A DNA stretch of 63,407 nt, the filler included, from Rozella allomycis CSF55 (taxonomy: Eukaryota): assembly GCA_000442015.1 (NCBI GenBank). It is 12 parts of 12 records of this genome, joined end to end, with 100 filler letters (N's around TTAATTAATTAA, not from the genome) between each part and the next. Parts side by side here need not be neighbours in the genome. Positions count along the whole stretch, not along the records: positions 51,287 to 56,175 come from KE561134.1; positions 56,276 to 57,948 come from KE561135.1; positions 58,049 to 63,407 come from KE561138.1; 9 more parts are not named here. The stretch is one strand, 5' to 3'. Positions 52,531 through 63,407 of this stretch are shown piece after piece. Numbering within the stretch: the first letter of the stretch is position 1; each line of letters starts with the position of its first letter. The translations under genes and the position numbers were made by a program. The notes beneath the pieces were generated by a model, which saw only the letters and a program-made list of their open reading frames with translations, had not been told where the DNA came from and did not search any database.

Positions 52531-52934
52531 TGCCCCAAACCCAAGATGAGAACAACAAGAACATCATCCAATTCTCCATATGGTGTGGCTTAATAAAAAT
52601 CAACTCTTAAATTTTATTATTTATATGACTAGTTACGTTGCAATATAACCAATTTTGCGTTGTAAGATTTGATAAATATAGACACATGAACGCCACTGTT
52701 TGCCAGCAACTCTAACCAACAAAATTAAATAAAAAGGTAAAAGTGTGACTCAAAACTAATTTATTATCATTTAATATTAGTCTTGGCGTGGCGTCTCCAA
52801 ATTCATTTTTCAACCCTCTAAAATACAGTATGTTTGCACATGAGCGATGATCAAAACTGTTTATTAGTATATAAAAATCAACTTCTATTAATGCCTAGCA
52901 CTGCCATTTACATTAGGTGTTTAAAACAGGTGAA

Positions 52935-54120
52935 TACGGTTGCACCCCAATACTTTACAATTAGCGATGGATTTATGCTAATACAATTGATGTACTTCTA
53001 ATCTCTGAACACTTATTTATCTTTTTCATTGACCTCAAAAATTAAAGATAAGATACCCAATCTGGGTGTCGACATTAATAATACACGGTTGCACCCCAAT
53101 ACTTGACATTTCGCGCTGCAATCATGATAAAACCAGTCTCCGTAGTCTAATATCTCTACATTAATTTATTTTTTTGCATGACCTCAAAGATTTAGATACG
53201 ATACCTAATCTAGGTATCGGTATTACTAAAACACGGTTGCACCCCAATCCTTGACATTTTGCGTTGCAATTATACTAAGACAATTGTCCTGCATCTAATC
53301 TGTCTACATATATTTATCGTTTTATATGATCTCAAACTTGACATTTTGCGCTAGATTCATGCTAAAACAATTATCCGACATTTATACTCTTTACACAAAT
53401 TTATCTTTTTACATGATCTCAAAGATTTAAATAAGATACCCAATCTGGGTATCGACATTACTAATACGGTTGCACCTCAACCCGTGACATTTTGCGTTGC
53501 AATCATAGTAAAACAATTGTCCTACATCTACTCTCTCTACATTAATTTATTTTTTTACAAGAATTCCAAGATTTAGATAAGATACCCAATCCTGGTATCA
53601 CATTACTAACACACGGTTGCACCTCAATACCTGACAGTTTGCGTTGCAATCATAGTAAAACAATTGTCCGTCATCTACTCTCTCTACAGTAATTTATTTT
53701 TTACATGACCTTAATGATTTAGATACGATACCCAATCTTGGTATCGGTATTACTAATACACGGTTGCACCCCAATACCTGACATTTTGCGCTTGAATTAT
53801 GCTAAAACAAATCTCTGTAGTCCAATATCTCTACATTAATTTATCTTTTTACATGACCTTAAAAATTTAGATACGATACCTAATCTGGGTATCGACATTA
53901 CTAATACACGGTTGCACCCCAATAAATTGTTGACAAGTGATTGGAGCACTAAATTTGTTAAATTTATAAAAAAAGAGTNAATATCTCTACATTAATTTAT
54001 CTTATTACATGACCTTAATGAATTAGAGACTATACCCAATCTGGGTATCAGCGTTACTAATACACGGTTGCACCCCAATACCTGACATTTTGTGCTGGAA
54101 TTATGCTAAAACAATTGACA
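52935..54120. repeat. Diverged tandem satellite, unit 147-148 bp, each unit with a GATACCCA-ATC-TGGGTATC hairpin
   Basis: CACGGTTGCACCCCAAT recurs at about 52935, 53084, 53232, 53465, 53612, 53759, 53907 and 54063. Confidence 0.9.
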
Positions 54121-55303
54121 TCGATCCAATAATTTTTCAAAAGTTACGATGCAATTGAACTAGTTATGTGATGTAAGATGAACACATGAATGTCACTGTT
54201 TGCCAGCGACTCTAACCAACAAAATTAAATAGACAGGTAAAAGTGTGACTCAAAACTAATTTATTATCATTTAATATTAGTCTTGGCGTGGCGTCTCCAA
54301 ATTCATTTTTCAACCCTCTAAAATACAGTATGTTTGCACATGAGCGATGATAAAAACGAATTATTAGTATATAAAAATCAACTTCTACTAATGCCTAGCA
54401 CTGCAATTTAAATTAGGTGTTTAAAACAGGTGAGTAAGGTTGCACCCCAATAAATCGTTGACAAGTGATTGGAGCACTAAATTTGTTAAATTTATAAAAA
54501 AAGAGTTACATTAAGGCTTTACCATTTATCCTTGACTTGTTTTGCAATGTTGACGCTGTAAAATAGGAATCCAATGATCCTTGTCCCGAATGTCTAATAC
54601 CTACAGGACCTAATCGGTGACCAAGGTACAATATCCTATTTTTAATATTTTGGTCCATAGCATCTATAAATTGTTTCTATTTTAATAATGACTATTTTTT
54701 TACAATTAGTGGACAATTTGATAGNTGCTACAATTGCATCTAAACTACAATCTGTAAATTTTAATTCCGGGTTTAAAATTTGAGGACTCGCAACAATAAA
54801 GTACCATAAGACGATATGTTTTGATTTTGGTCAATTTTTAAATTTACTAAATCATGTAAAATAGGAATCCAATGATCCTTGTCCCCAATGTCTAATACCT
54901 ACAGGACCTAATCGGTGACCACGATACAATATCCTATTCTTAATATTTTGATACATAGCATCTATAAATTGCTTCTATTTTAATAATGACTATTTTTTTT
55001 ACAATTAGTGGACAATTTGAAAGACTATCAATTTCGTCATGTATTGACTTACGTACCTCATAAAATATATCCGCGTCATCATACACTAAAAATTTATTGC
55101 CTCCAAGTAAGTGTTCAACTTGATTTTCTTAGTCTTCCCCATACGAAATTTCCGACAAAGGGGCGAATTATATATCGTATGGCCAGGAGTTTGTTTCAAA
55201 GTAGTTCGACTAAAAATATACTTTGATACTATAAATTGTGCTTGACTACGTAAAATAAATAAATTTCATTGTTTGCTTAAAGTCCACGATGTCTTAAGAC
55301 CAA

Positions 55304-55608
55304 CTGGGTATCGACATTACTAATACACGGTTGCACCCCAATACTTGACATTTTGCGTTGCAAGTAGCCTAAAACAATTGATCGAAATCTACTCTCTCAA
55401 TATCTTTTTATCTTTTTACATGATCGCAAAGATTTAGATAAGATACCCAATCTGGGTATCGGTATTACTAACACACGATTGCACCCCAATCCATGACACT
55501 TCGCGATGCAATCATACTAAAACAATTGGGCTGCATCTAATCTGTCTACATATATTTATCGTTTTATATGATCTCAAAGTTTTTAAGAGGATACCCAATC
55601 TGGGTATC
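55304..55608. repeat. Second array (about 2 units) of the same 147-148 bp satellite
   Basis: Same CACG(G/A)TTGCACCCCAAT and GATACCCAATCTGGGTATC motifs. Confidence 0.88.
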
Positions 55609-56275
55609 GCTCCAGGCTAGGCATCAATTGTCTTAATTTACCAGTCGAGTTTTGTTATTGATGGATGGTTATTATTATTAACAATTGTTAAGACCTATCT
55701 ATATAGATGTACTTGGATGTGCTTCTAACTGGTCCAAAAAGACATTAACGGGTAGTTCATGTTTCATCTACTTTTTGAGACTAGCCAGACGAGTAAAAGC
55801 CCTCAAAGAACGCAATAAGGTGTGACCACTTAAAACTACATAGCTAACGTATTTCCAAGCTAGCAGCAACGGCAGCATCTGCTTTTATGATACAAAAACA
55901 CAAATGACCACCACCGCTGCACTTCTTAAATTGCTAACAATACCATTATTCTGATTAAAATAATAAAAAAAGTTGAGGGACAAAAAAATAGGTATATTTT
56001 GACTCCAGCAACGGTTTTTTGTTATTTACGATAATTCCAAATTGACTTTCAGTAAATAAAGATAACATGATTTATAGTTATGTTACAAAATGAGTCTAAA
56101 AATTTAAGGGGTAAGGACAAAATCAATTTAAGGAGATTCGGCAGAAAAGTTATATTATATTAATAACTGGCTTGTNNNNNNNNNNNNNNNNNNNNNNNNN
56201 NNNNNNNNNNNNNNNNNNNTTAATTAATTAANNNNNNNNNNNNNNNNNNNNNNNNNNNNNNNNNNNNNNNNNNNN

Positions 56276-57676
56276 TTCGTAAGGTGGTCCGGAACAACGA
56301 TTTTGAGATGCACAGGATCGTAATTTTCATGGGTTGAGTAACCCGCAGACCCAACAATTTGTCTTATGGGCAGTTGTTGAAAATAGTTGCCTTCCGCCAC
56401 ATCATGTTTCCAGTGAAGGCCTATTCGGATATCCGCTGGATCAACCCCCGCCTCTTGAAGATCCTTGGCGCAATTTTTACGTCCCAAATGCACACACTTG
56501 GTAAAATGATAATTGTGATGACCGGCGACTTTACTTATGCGTTCCGTGTGTGTCGAGGACGATATTGCCTTAAAGCAAGCCTTTTTGGATGCATGCGAAA
56601 TATGAATTTTCATTAGGGTATCAAAATCAGTCCAATCCTCAACCTCTTTATCGAAATCCAACATACGATGCATTTGCAATAACAACCAAAAAATGGAACA
56701 TAATTGGGGATCGCGATGCGGCACTATACCGGATTCTTTAGGGACTTCCAACTAGTTAACTAAAACTAAAAACTCTTACATTAGGCATCCATTTACTTTC
56801 ATACATGATCGCTAGTATACCATGTATTTCCCGCCCCCTAAATTTAAATCTATTTGGCTGAAATTGAAGCAACTTCATTGGTCGAAGATCATCGCCCCGA
56901 TTTCCCGTTTGGTACAGAAAGGCCCACATGAAGGCATCCCTTATTCCGCATCCCAGACTAACCCTGCCTGAGCTACAGCATGTTAACAAGCCGAAAAGCA
57001 TTTGCTTTCTTTGATCTGTTGTAAGCCTATTGTCTAAAGAAGAATTCCGGATTACATCCGTGATGCTTGACTTTTTGTTGCGATCGCGCGCTAATCGTTT
57101 TAAATGATTACTTAAAAAGGTTTTTACGTCGGCGTTAAATAACCGCCCTTCGGATGCTAATGCTGGATTATTGATTGATTGTGTCAACCAAAGACGACTT
57201 AAACCAAAAACTATTTTTTTCAAACTTTGATATCCAATTGTGCGATTTTCCCTTCCTTTGATTTTTTGACTTCTAGTCACGGAATATTGGAGATATTTTA
57301 GAAAACGTACTTTCGTTAATTGATCACTACCCTCGCCTTGGTCCTTGCACCACTTTTGATATTCTTCCACAACTCTCCGTTGGGTCTCCTTTCCCCCTGT
57401 TCGTCTCACGGCTAATTCGTCTTCGTAAATGTCTAATCGCAGTCTTTTTAAGGTTAAATCATACTCTGCGCCTTGTTCCTCATGTACGAATTCAACATCC
57501 AGGTTTTCCAGTTCAAGAATAGCATTGGCATGCGAATCAGTGGGTGCATTAATAACAAGGTCACTACCATTAGATATATCAGCAATGGCCTCCTGTATTT
57601 CGGTGAATAATTCTTCTTCCTCAACGTCTTGTTCGATTTCCTCGTCAAAAAGTAAGCTAGTGCTAAGATTTTCCAT
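56276..57676 (-). CDS. Crypton (CryptonF)/Ndc10-II-like tyrosine recombinase, one intron, 3' end lost in gap
   Basis: Phase-0 intron 56752-56779 joins the two ORFs. RD..TGNRGDDLR.MKL, HRDPQLC, KCVHLGR..A..L.EAGV..IR..LHW..AEGNYF..LP..AGY, with R, HxxR, W and Y catalytic positions present. Confidence 0.85.
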
Positions 57677-58048
57677 TTTGTATTAATTTAGATGTGTTTG
57701 GCCCCTTAGTATTTATTTGTTTCTAGGAGGGTTTCAAATATTTATAGATTTTGTTGCTATTCTATACAGATGAGCCTATACAGATAAGCGTATCAAATAA
57801 AGTATAACAGAAAATAATAATTATTTATGATAAAAATGAAAAATGGAATGTTACAAGTTGTGTTACGAACTGTAACAAGTGTGGCGCAGAGGGGTCTAAC
57901 TCTGGAAAGAACTCTCGCTCCCAGAGGGAATTGGCTTAGCAGGCCAACNNNNNNNNNNNNNNNNNNNNNNNNNNNNNNNNNNNNNNNNNNNNTTAATTAA
58001 TTAANNNNNNNNNNNNNNNNNNNNNNNNNNNNNNNNNNNNNNNNNNNN

Positions 58049-60583
58049 GAGTTGGATTCTTCTTCAATTAAATCTATTTTTGGATTTCTTAAATTTCTTA
58101 AATCATCAACTGGTAAAAACAATTTCTCAAATTCAATTGAAAATAATTTAATCAAACTAAACATTAAAGAAAATAAATTGAATCTTCCATGTTTAGCAAA
58201 TCCATTGTGTGGAAATGTTGATTTTAAAAAGGAAGCAAAGTTTGATTTCAATGTAGATTTGAATGGATTGCAAGATTATTTAAAGAATTCAATTGAATCT
58301 CTATCAGATGAAAAGTATCGTTCTTTTTATTTATTGTTAAACAAATATCCAAATTCTATCAATTATAACATTTTCATTGATTCTATTGAATTGTCAACTG
58401 AATTAAACTATGACAAGGTAGCCACCATCAAACTAGATCCAATTGACCTGAAAGGGAAAGAGAGTAGTGAAGGGGGTAGAGAGAATGTAGATAATAAAGA
58501 CGTTGTAGAGAGTAAAGATCTAATAGAGAATAAAGACATTGTAGAGAATAAAGATCTTGTGGAGAATAAAGATCTAATAGAGAATAGAGATCTTGTAGAG
58601 AATAAAGATCTAATGCAAAATGTTTCTCCTTCTAATTCATCTAATTCCCTTTCACTTTCTCAATCTCATTCTCCATCTTTGACTGTGGTTTTTACTGATT
58701 ATGAACCAATTGCCAACTTTTTGTATAATTATTTACCAGATAGACAAAAGAGTTTGGGTGTAGAGGGAAGATTGTTTAATGATTATAGACCTCAAATTAG
58801 ATCTCTTCTTAATAGCCCTGGTTTATTATCTCTAACTCATTCTGATTCTAGTAGCAATCTATTCTCATTCATTGTTGGTGCATCACTAGACTTTCATTCT
58901 ATTTTAAATCCATTAACTAAAAGTTCAATTGATTGGTTAGATTGGCAACCAATTCATGTTTCTCAATTTTCAATAAAAGTAAAGAAATCTATTTCTGAAA
59001 TTTCACAATTACAAAAATTAAGCAAATGGATTTCAATTGATTTAAATCATTCAAGTATTCTATTTAAAAATGGACTTGTGACATTTATGGAAATAGTTTG
59101 GGAAAATGATCAAATCACATTGGAATTGTTTTGTAATGAAAATGATCCTTCTTCTTGTGAAAACATGCAGTTTGGATTCTCTAAATTTGCTCTTGGGCAA
59201 GTTTTAAGTTTAAACGTTGAATTGACGCTGAATAAATTAATGCATATTTCATTTCCACTTGAACAGCAACACGGTGACTTTGCTATTGCTTTTATTCATG
59301 ATTTAAATGTCAGCATTTCAAGACCTTTTAGAAAATTTAAATATGAAGTTGGAGCGTTTTTGAAATTTAAAAATTCATTTGTTGTTGACATTGACGTTTT
59401 AGATCTAAGTGGCAATGTTACATTCAAGAAATATCCTGGATCTATTAATACAAACAATGAAATTTTAATTGGTCAATTGGAACCAGGAACTAGGGAAAGA
59501 TCTAATGTGTTTTTGAGTGTTCAGCATGGAACCTTTGAAAATCCATCTTTTAGTGAACAAGGCGAATTGGCTATCAAACTAAAACCAAACATTCTAGAGT
59601 TAACTTCAATATACAAAGGGAAGGCTTATTATGGCTATTGCATGACAATCAAAGGGTTAATGAAAGTTCAAGTTTCATTTGAAAACATGCCAGGCAAATT
59701 CAACATGACCTTTGTTGTTGATATTAGAGAAATGACTGAATATGAAAAACCTTTTTCATTCTCTCTTGTGAAAAACACGTGCAAAGATCATTTCACTCCC
59801 TGCTACAATTCTATTCTTCCTTCAACCGTTCATCTCTCCAAACAAGAAAATTATTATCTCTTGGAAAATTCCTCTCTTCTTCCGACAGATTCTTTCAAAC
59901 TATCAATCAAAAATTCAAACTCATTCTCAACCTACTTTATGGGTAACCAAATTATTCAATTCTATAAATAGATTCAGAAAATTGGCTGGTTTTGGAAATT
60001 TACAAATCTTCCTATTTTAGAAGTTCCAAAATTTCTCTAAAATATTTCAAAAATGGGAAACTATCAAACACCCTAGAGTCTCAGGAAATTGATTACAATA
60101 CTTCAAACATTGACATCATTTACGATGCTAATCAATCGCTCTTATTTGTTCAGTCGTACATTGACGATTCCAGAGTTCCATTCATTTCATACTTTTACAT
60201 AAACTTTAGAGACATTTTCACTTTAAGAATCAATCCTTACATTTCACACGACTTGAAAGATGTCGCATTCACAATCAGTAATTAATTACCTCCCTATTCA
60301 TCTAGTTTACCCCGTACTGGAAAAGACTAGAATATTCTTTGAATCTCCAAATGTCCCCAACGCAAATGAATCGGCAATCGCTATTGTTCAGTTCTACAAC
60401 TACTGTGACAGGCCGTTCATGTCATTTGGTTACATCAATTTTGAATTGGAGAATGGTCGTGTTAGCATCGCGGATGTGGATTACAGTCTGGGCGTCGTTA
60501 AAATATCCTATGCTTTAAACTCCCCCGGTAAATTTACCCTCCTGGCAAACGACCATCCTATTGGATTTCTATACGCTATTTAA
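58049..60583 (+). CDS. Large orphan protein (5' truncated) with ENKDL(V/I) hexapeptide repeats and possible C-terminal Ig/filamin-like domain
   Basis: Introns 59943-59971 and 60279-60305 join three ORFs in frame; 18-bp tandem repeat at ~58485-58612. Confidence 0.65.
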
Positions 60584-60778
60584 TAAATTTTGCTTTAGAT
60601 TAATTAGACTTTATGAGTTCAGAGTTATGAGTAAATGTAAATGCTTAATTGTCAAATCTTAATTGTTAATGTCAAATGTCATTTTAAAACTCCATTTATT
60701 TTGCTTTCCAAGCACATATAAAGTATTGCCTAAAACGGTTTCCCAATTTAATCTCCATTATTAAACAAGGGTCCTCCA

Positions 60779-62781
60779 ATGCCAGAATGCTACGGTCCCG
60801 TGCAAAATTTAGAGTCAATGTTGAAACCCCAATGGTGGACGAGTGTATTCGCCGACGAATGGTACCTGAAAACGGACGGCGACGTTGTGGAAGACCCTGA
60901 AATTACTAGAGAAGAAATCAAGCTGCTCGAGTCGTTTCCGTTCATCAAGCAAATACTCGAAACGCCGAATTGCAAGATTCTGGACCTGTGCTGTGGACAG
61001 GGCAGGCATTCTTTGGAACTTGCGTGTCAGTATCCGCATGCGGAGCTGTTTGGGCATGATCAGTCGGCGTTTTTGATTAGTGTGGCTGCAAAGAGGGCTG
61101 AGAGTATGACTTTGGAGGATGGGAATAGACCGGTTTTTACGATTGGCGATTGCAGGTCGGTGCCATACGAGTCGGGTATGTTTGACTTGGTGATTGTGAT
61201 GGGCAATTCGTTTGGGTATTTCGACCAATCAGAGTCTGATTCGTTGGTGCTAGAGGAGATTTACAGGGTGCTGAAGCCGAATGGGTGTATTGTGCTGGAT
61301 CTGACGAATGGCGCGTTTATGAAGGAGAATTTCGCAAAGAGAAGCTGGGAGTGGATTAATGAGACGTGTTTTGTGTGCAGGGAGAGGGAGCTCGCTAAAG
61401 ATGGCAAAAGGCTTGTGTCGAGGGAGGTGATTACGGATATTGCCAAGGGGGTGATCAAGGACCAGTTCTACCAGGAGAGGCTGTATACGGAGCAGGAGAT
61501 TTTTGGGATGCTGAAGAAAGCTGGGTTCAAGTATTCGGATGTGCTGTTGCAGGATGTGACGACGGGAAAGGAATTGAGCAAGAGGCAGCAGGATTTGGGG
61601 ATGATGGAGTGCAGAATGTTTATACAGGCGTCGAAAGAAGATGTTGGCAAAAGAATTCAATTGGATGTTGTGAATGAGCTTTCTTTATTTACGTTTTCAA
61701 AGTTGGTTGTGATTTTGGGAGACTCTAATTTGGATTGCGTAGGGAAAATGAAGAATGAGTGGGACAGACAGCTGGAAATTGAAACAAAAAATAAATTGAA
61801 AGATGCGATTGAAGAGATTGGATTTACAAGAGAAAATGTTTTGTATTTAGAAGATCATCCAAGATTGTTTGAAGAATTGAACAAGTTGAAGAATGAATCT
61901 GTTTTTGTATTCAATTTGTGTGATGATGGGTTTCAAAATAACGCGCTTCATGAACTTCATATTCCTTCGCTGCTTGAATTGTCTGGTTTGAAATACTCTG
62001 GGGCCCCGCCAAAAACGTTGGCTATTTGTTATGATAAAAATGTTACAAATCAAATTGTAAAGTCAATGGGAATCTCAGTGCCAAAAGAAATTTGGTTGGA
62101 TGATCCAGAACAGCTTCAAGATCCTTTAATAATTTCGAAAATTGAAGAAATTGGATTTCCGATTTTTGTTAAACCCGCGCNGTTAAACCTGCGCAAGCTG
62201 ACAATTCATTTGGAATCTTCAAGAATAATGTAGTTGAAAACTTTAAACAACTTAAAACGCGCGTTTGGGCACTTTTTAATGATTTTGAAGAGATTTTGGT
62301 TCAAGAATTTTTGAATGGCAACGAGTATTCAGTTGGATTTATAGGCAACGTTGACCAAGACAATTTCAGTGTTCTTCCGATTATTCAAGTTGATTATTCA
62401 AAGTTGGTTGAAAGCAATCTAAGTCCAATTCTCGGCTATGAATCAAAATGGGATCCAACTTCTCCTTATTGGACGCAAGTAGAATACAAGCAAGCTGATT
62501 CACTTTCATTGAAACAGTCAAAGGAACTAATTGAAAATTGTAAAAGACTCGCCAAACGATTCAAGTGTCTCGATTACTCTAGATTTGATTTTAGAACGGA
62601 TAGAAATGGAATAATTAAATTACTAGAAATAAATCCGAATCCTGGCTGGTGCTGGGATGGAAAACTCGCAAAAATGTGTAGCTTAAAAGAAACAAACTAT
62701 TCAAAAATGATCCAAGACATCTTGCTAGCCTCTGTAACTAGATGGACCCAAAGTGACAATTCCAGTATTCAAGATCGATAA
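60779..62781 (+). CDS. Class I SAM-dependent methyltransferase fused to D-Ala-D-Ala-ligase-like ATP-grasp domain
   Basis: ILDLCCGQGRH, GD.RSVPY..FDLVIVMGNSFGYF, VLKPNG; then VFNLCD, LELSGLKYSG, DK, FPIFVKPA|QADNSFGI, VQEFLNGNEYSV, YESKW, YSRFDFR, LLEINPNPG. The break at n62181 is a duplicated GTTAAACC.GCGC assembly overlap. Confidence 0.9.
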
Positions 62782-62806
62782 ATAAACATTAAAAGATTAA
62801 ACTTAT

Positions 62807-63407
62807 TTATTTTCTTAAACTTTCTAGAGCTCTAATCCTTTTCAAAAGTTCCAGATTTTCAATTTTCAAGTCTTCTATAGCCCTGTTAAACTTTGCTTCC
62901 CTTTCGTTAGAATTAACAATGTTATTTTGCACCAATGAATACAATGTGGAAAATGCATTTCTAAATTCGTCTCGCGTCAAGTATATCAAACTCTCATTCT
63001 TTAACAAGTAATCTTCGGCTTTTCTTTTTAATAATTTAATGGTAGAATCAGTCTCAAATTTAATATTCTTTTGCTCTGGAGCAACAGCGTCTGTCAGTTT
63101 TCGCTTTTTGCCGGGTATAGATAACGGCGGCTGATTAACANTTTTTGCCGGGTATAGATAACGGCGGCTGATTAACAGATTCTATTTGTGGTCCCTTTGG
63201 AGACGTTTGTTTCTTCAATAGTGCTTCTCTAAGTATCGTTGATGGCGACTTTGTTGATTTTGAAGATGATGGTGTTGATTGATGCGAGCTTGCTACACTG
63301 AGTAATAATTCCGCCTCTTTAAGCATTGTTCTTGGTGATGATAGCTTGAATGTTTGGTTTGGAGGTGAGGTTAGATTAACAGTTCTGATTTCAGAAACTC
63401 TGCCAGA
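62807..63407 (-). CDS. C-terminal part of an unidentified Ser/Pro-rich protein ending in a coiled coil (runs off window)
   Basis: Open frame either side of the junction at 63141, ending AIEDLKIENLELLKRIRALESLRK*. Confidence 0.55.

Noticed and set aside
52935-54120. Satellite as a CRISPR array
   Set aside because: Sequence between conserved blocks is homologous from unit to unit rather than unique spacers; no cas genes; eukaryotic context.
57871-57948. Possible LTR start or primer-binding site (TGTAACAAGTGTGGCGCAG) upstream of the recombinase
   Set aside because: Truncated by a gap with no second copy in the window, so it cannot be supported.
18832-58048. Eleven identical TTAATTAATTAA motifs as a biological repeat or CRISPR-like array
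   Set aside because: Each is centred in a 100-nt N run and gives stops in all frames, so it is an artificial scaffolding linker.
60790-61660. Antisense ORFs over the methyltransferase as real genes
   Set aside because: No recognisable motifs; explained by locally higher GC and codon bias on the coding strand.
62161-62300. Frameshift or pseudogenisation of the ATP-grasp domain
   Set aside because: GTTAAACC.GCGC is duplicated around n62181; merging the overlap gives a continuous VKPAQADNSFGI frame.

Overview
Eukaryotic, AT-rich draft scaffold from a compact fungal-grade genome with tiny (~25-35 nt) GT-AG introns and genes sometimes <10 nt apart. A TTLL6/13-like polyglutamylase, a Crinkler effector and opsin-like class A GPCRs suggest a zoosporic early-diverging lineage, possibly Rozella-like (inference). 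Contigs are joined by artificial 100-nt N/TTAATTAATTAA/N linkers, and single-n junctions often duplicate flanking sequence, so long-range adjacency is uncertain. 1-18.8 kb is gene-dense: Crinkler NTPase-REase, SCP2, TTLL, SNW1/Prp45, PTTG1IP-like PSI membrane protein, signal-peptide kinase, TCD, TPI, bL34m plus a diverged neighbour, Vma22, Mak11, Bit61/HbrB, Mam33 and two GPCRs. 18.9-58 kb is a nested transposon graveyard: copia, gypsy, RNase H-bearing LINEs, hAT, several TIR elements, two large orphan repeat-containing ORFs, a SET fragment, a 147-148 bp hairpin satellite and an intron-containing Crypton/Ndc10-like tyrosine recombinase. 58-63.4 kb returns to genes, including an intronless SAM methyltransferase fused to a D-Ala-D-Ala-ligase-like ATP-grasp domain with a sharp internal GC step. 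That fusion and the SET/satellite/Crypton block are the best candidates for an undescribed system.
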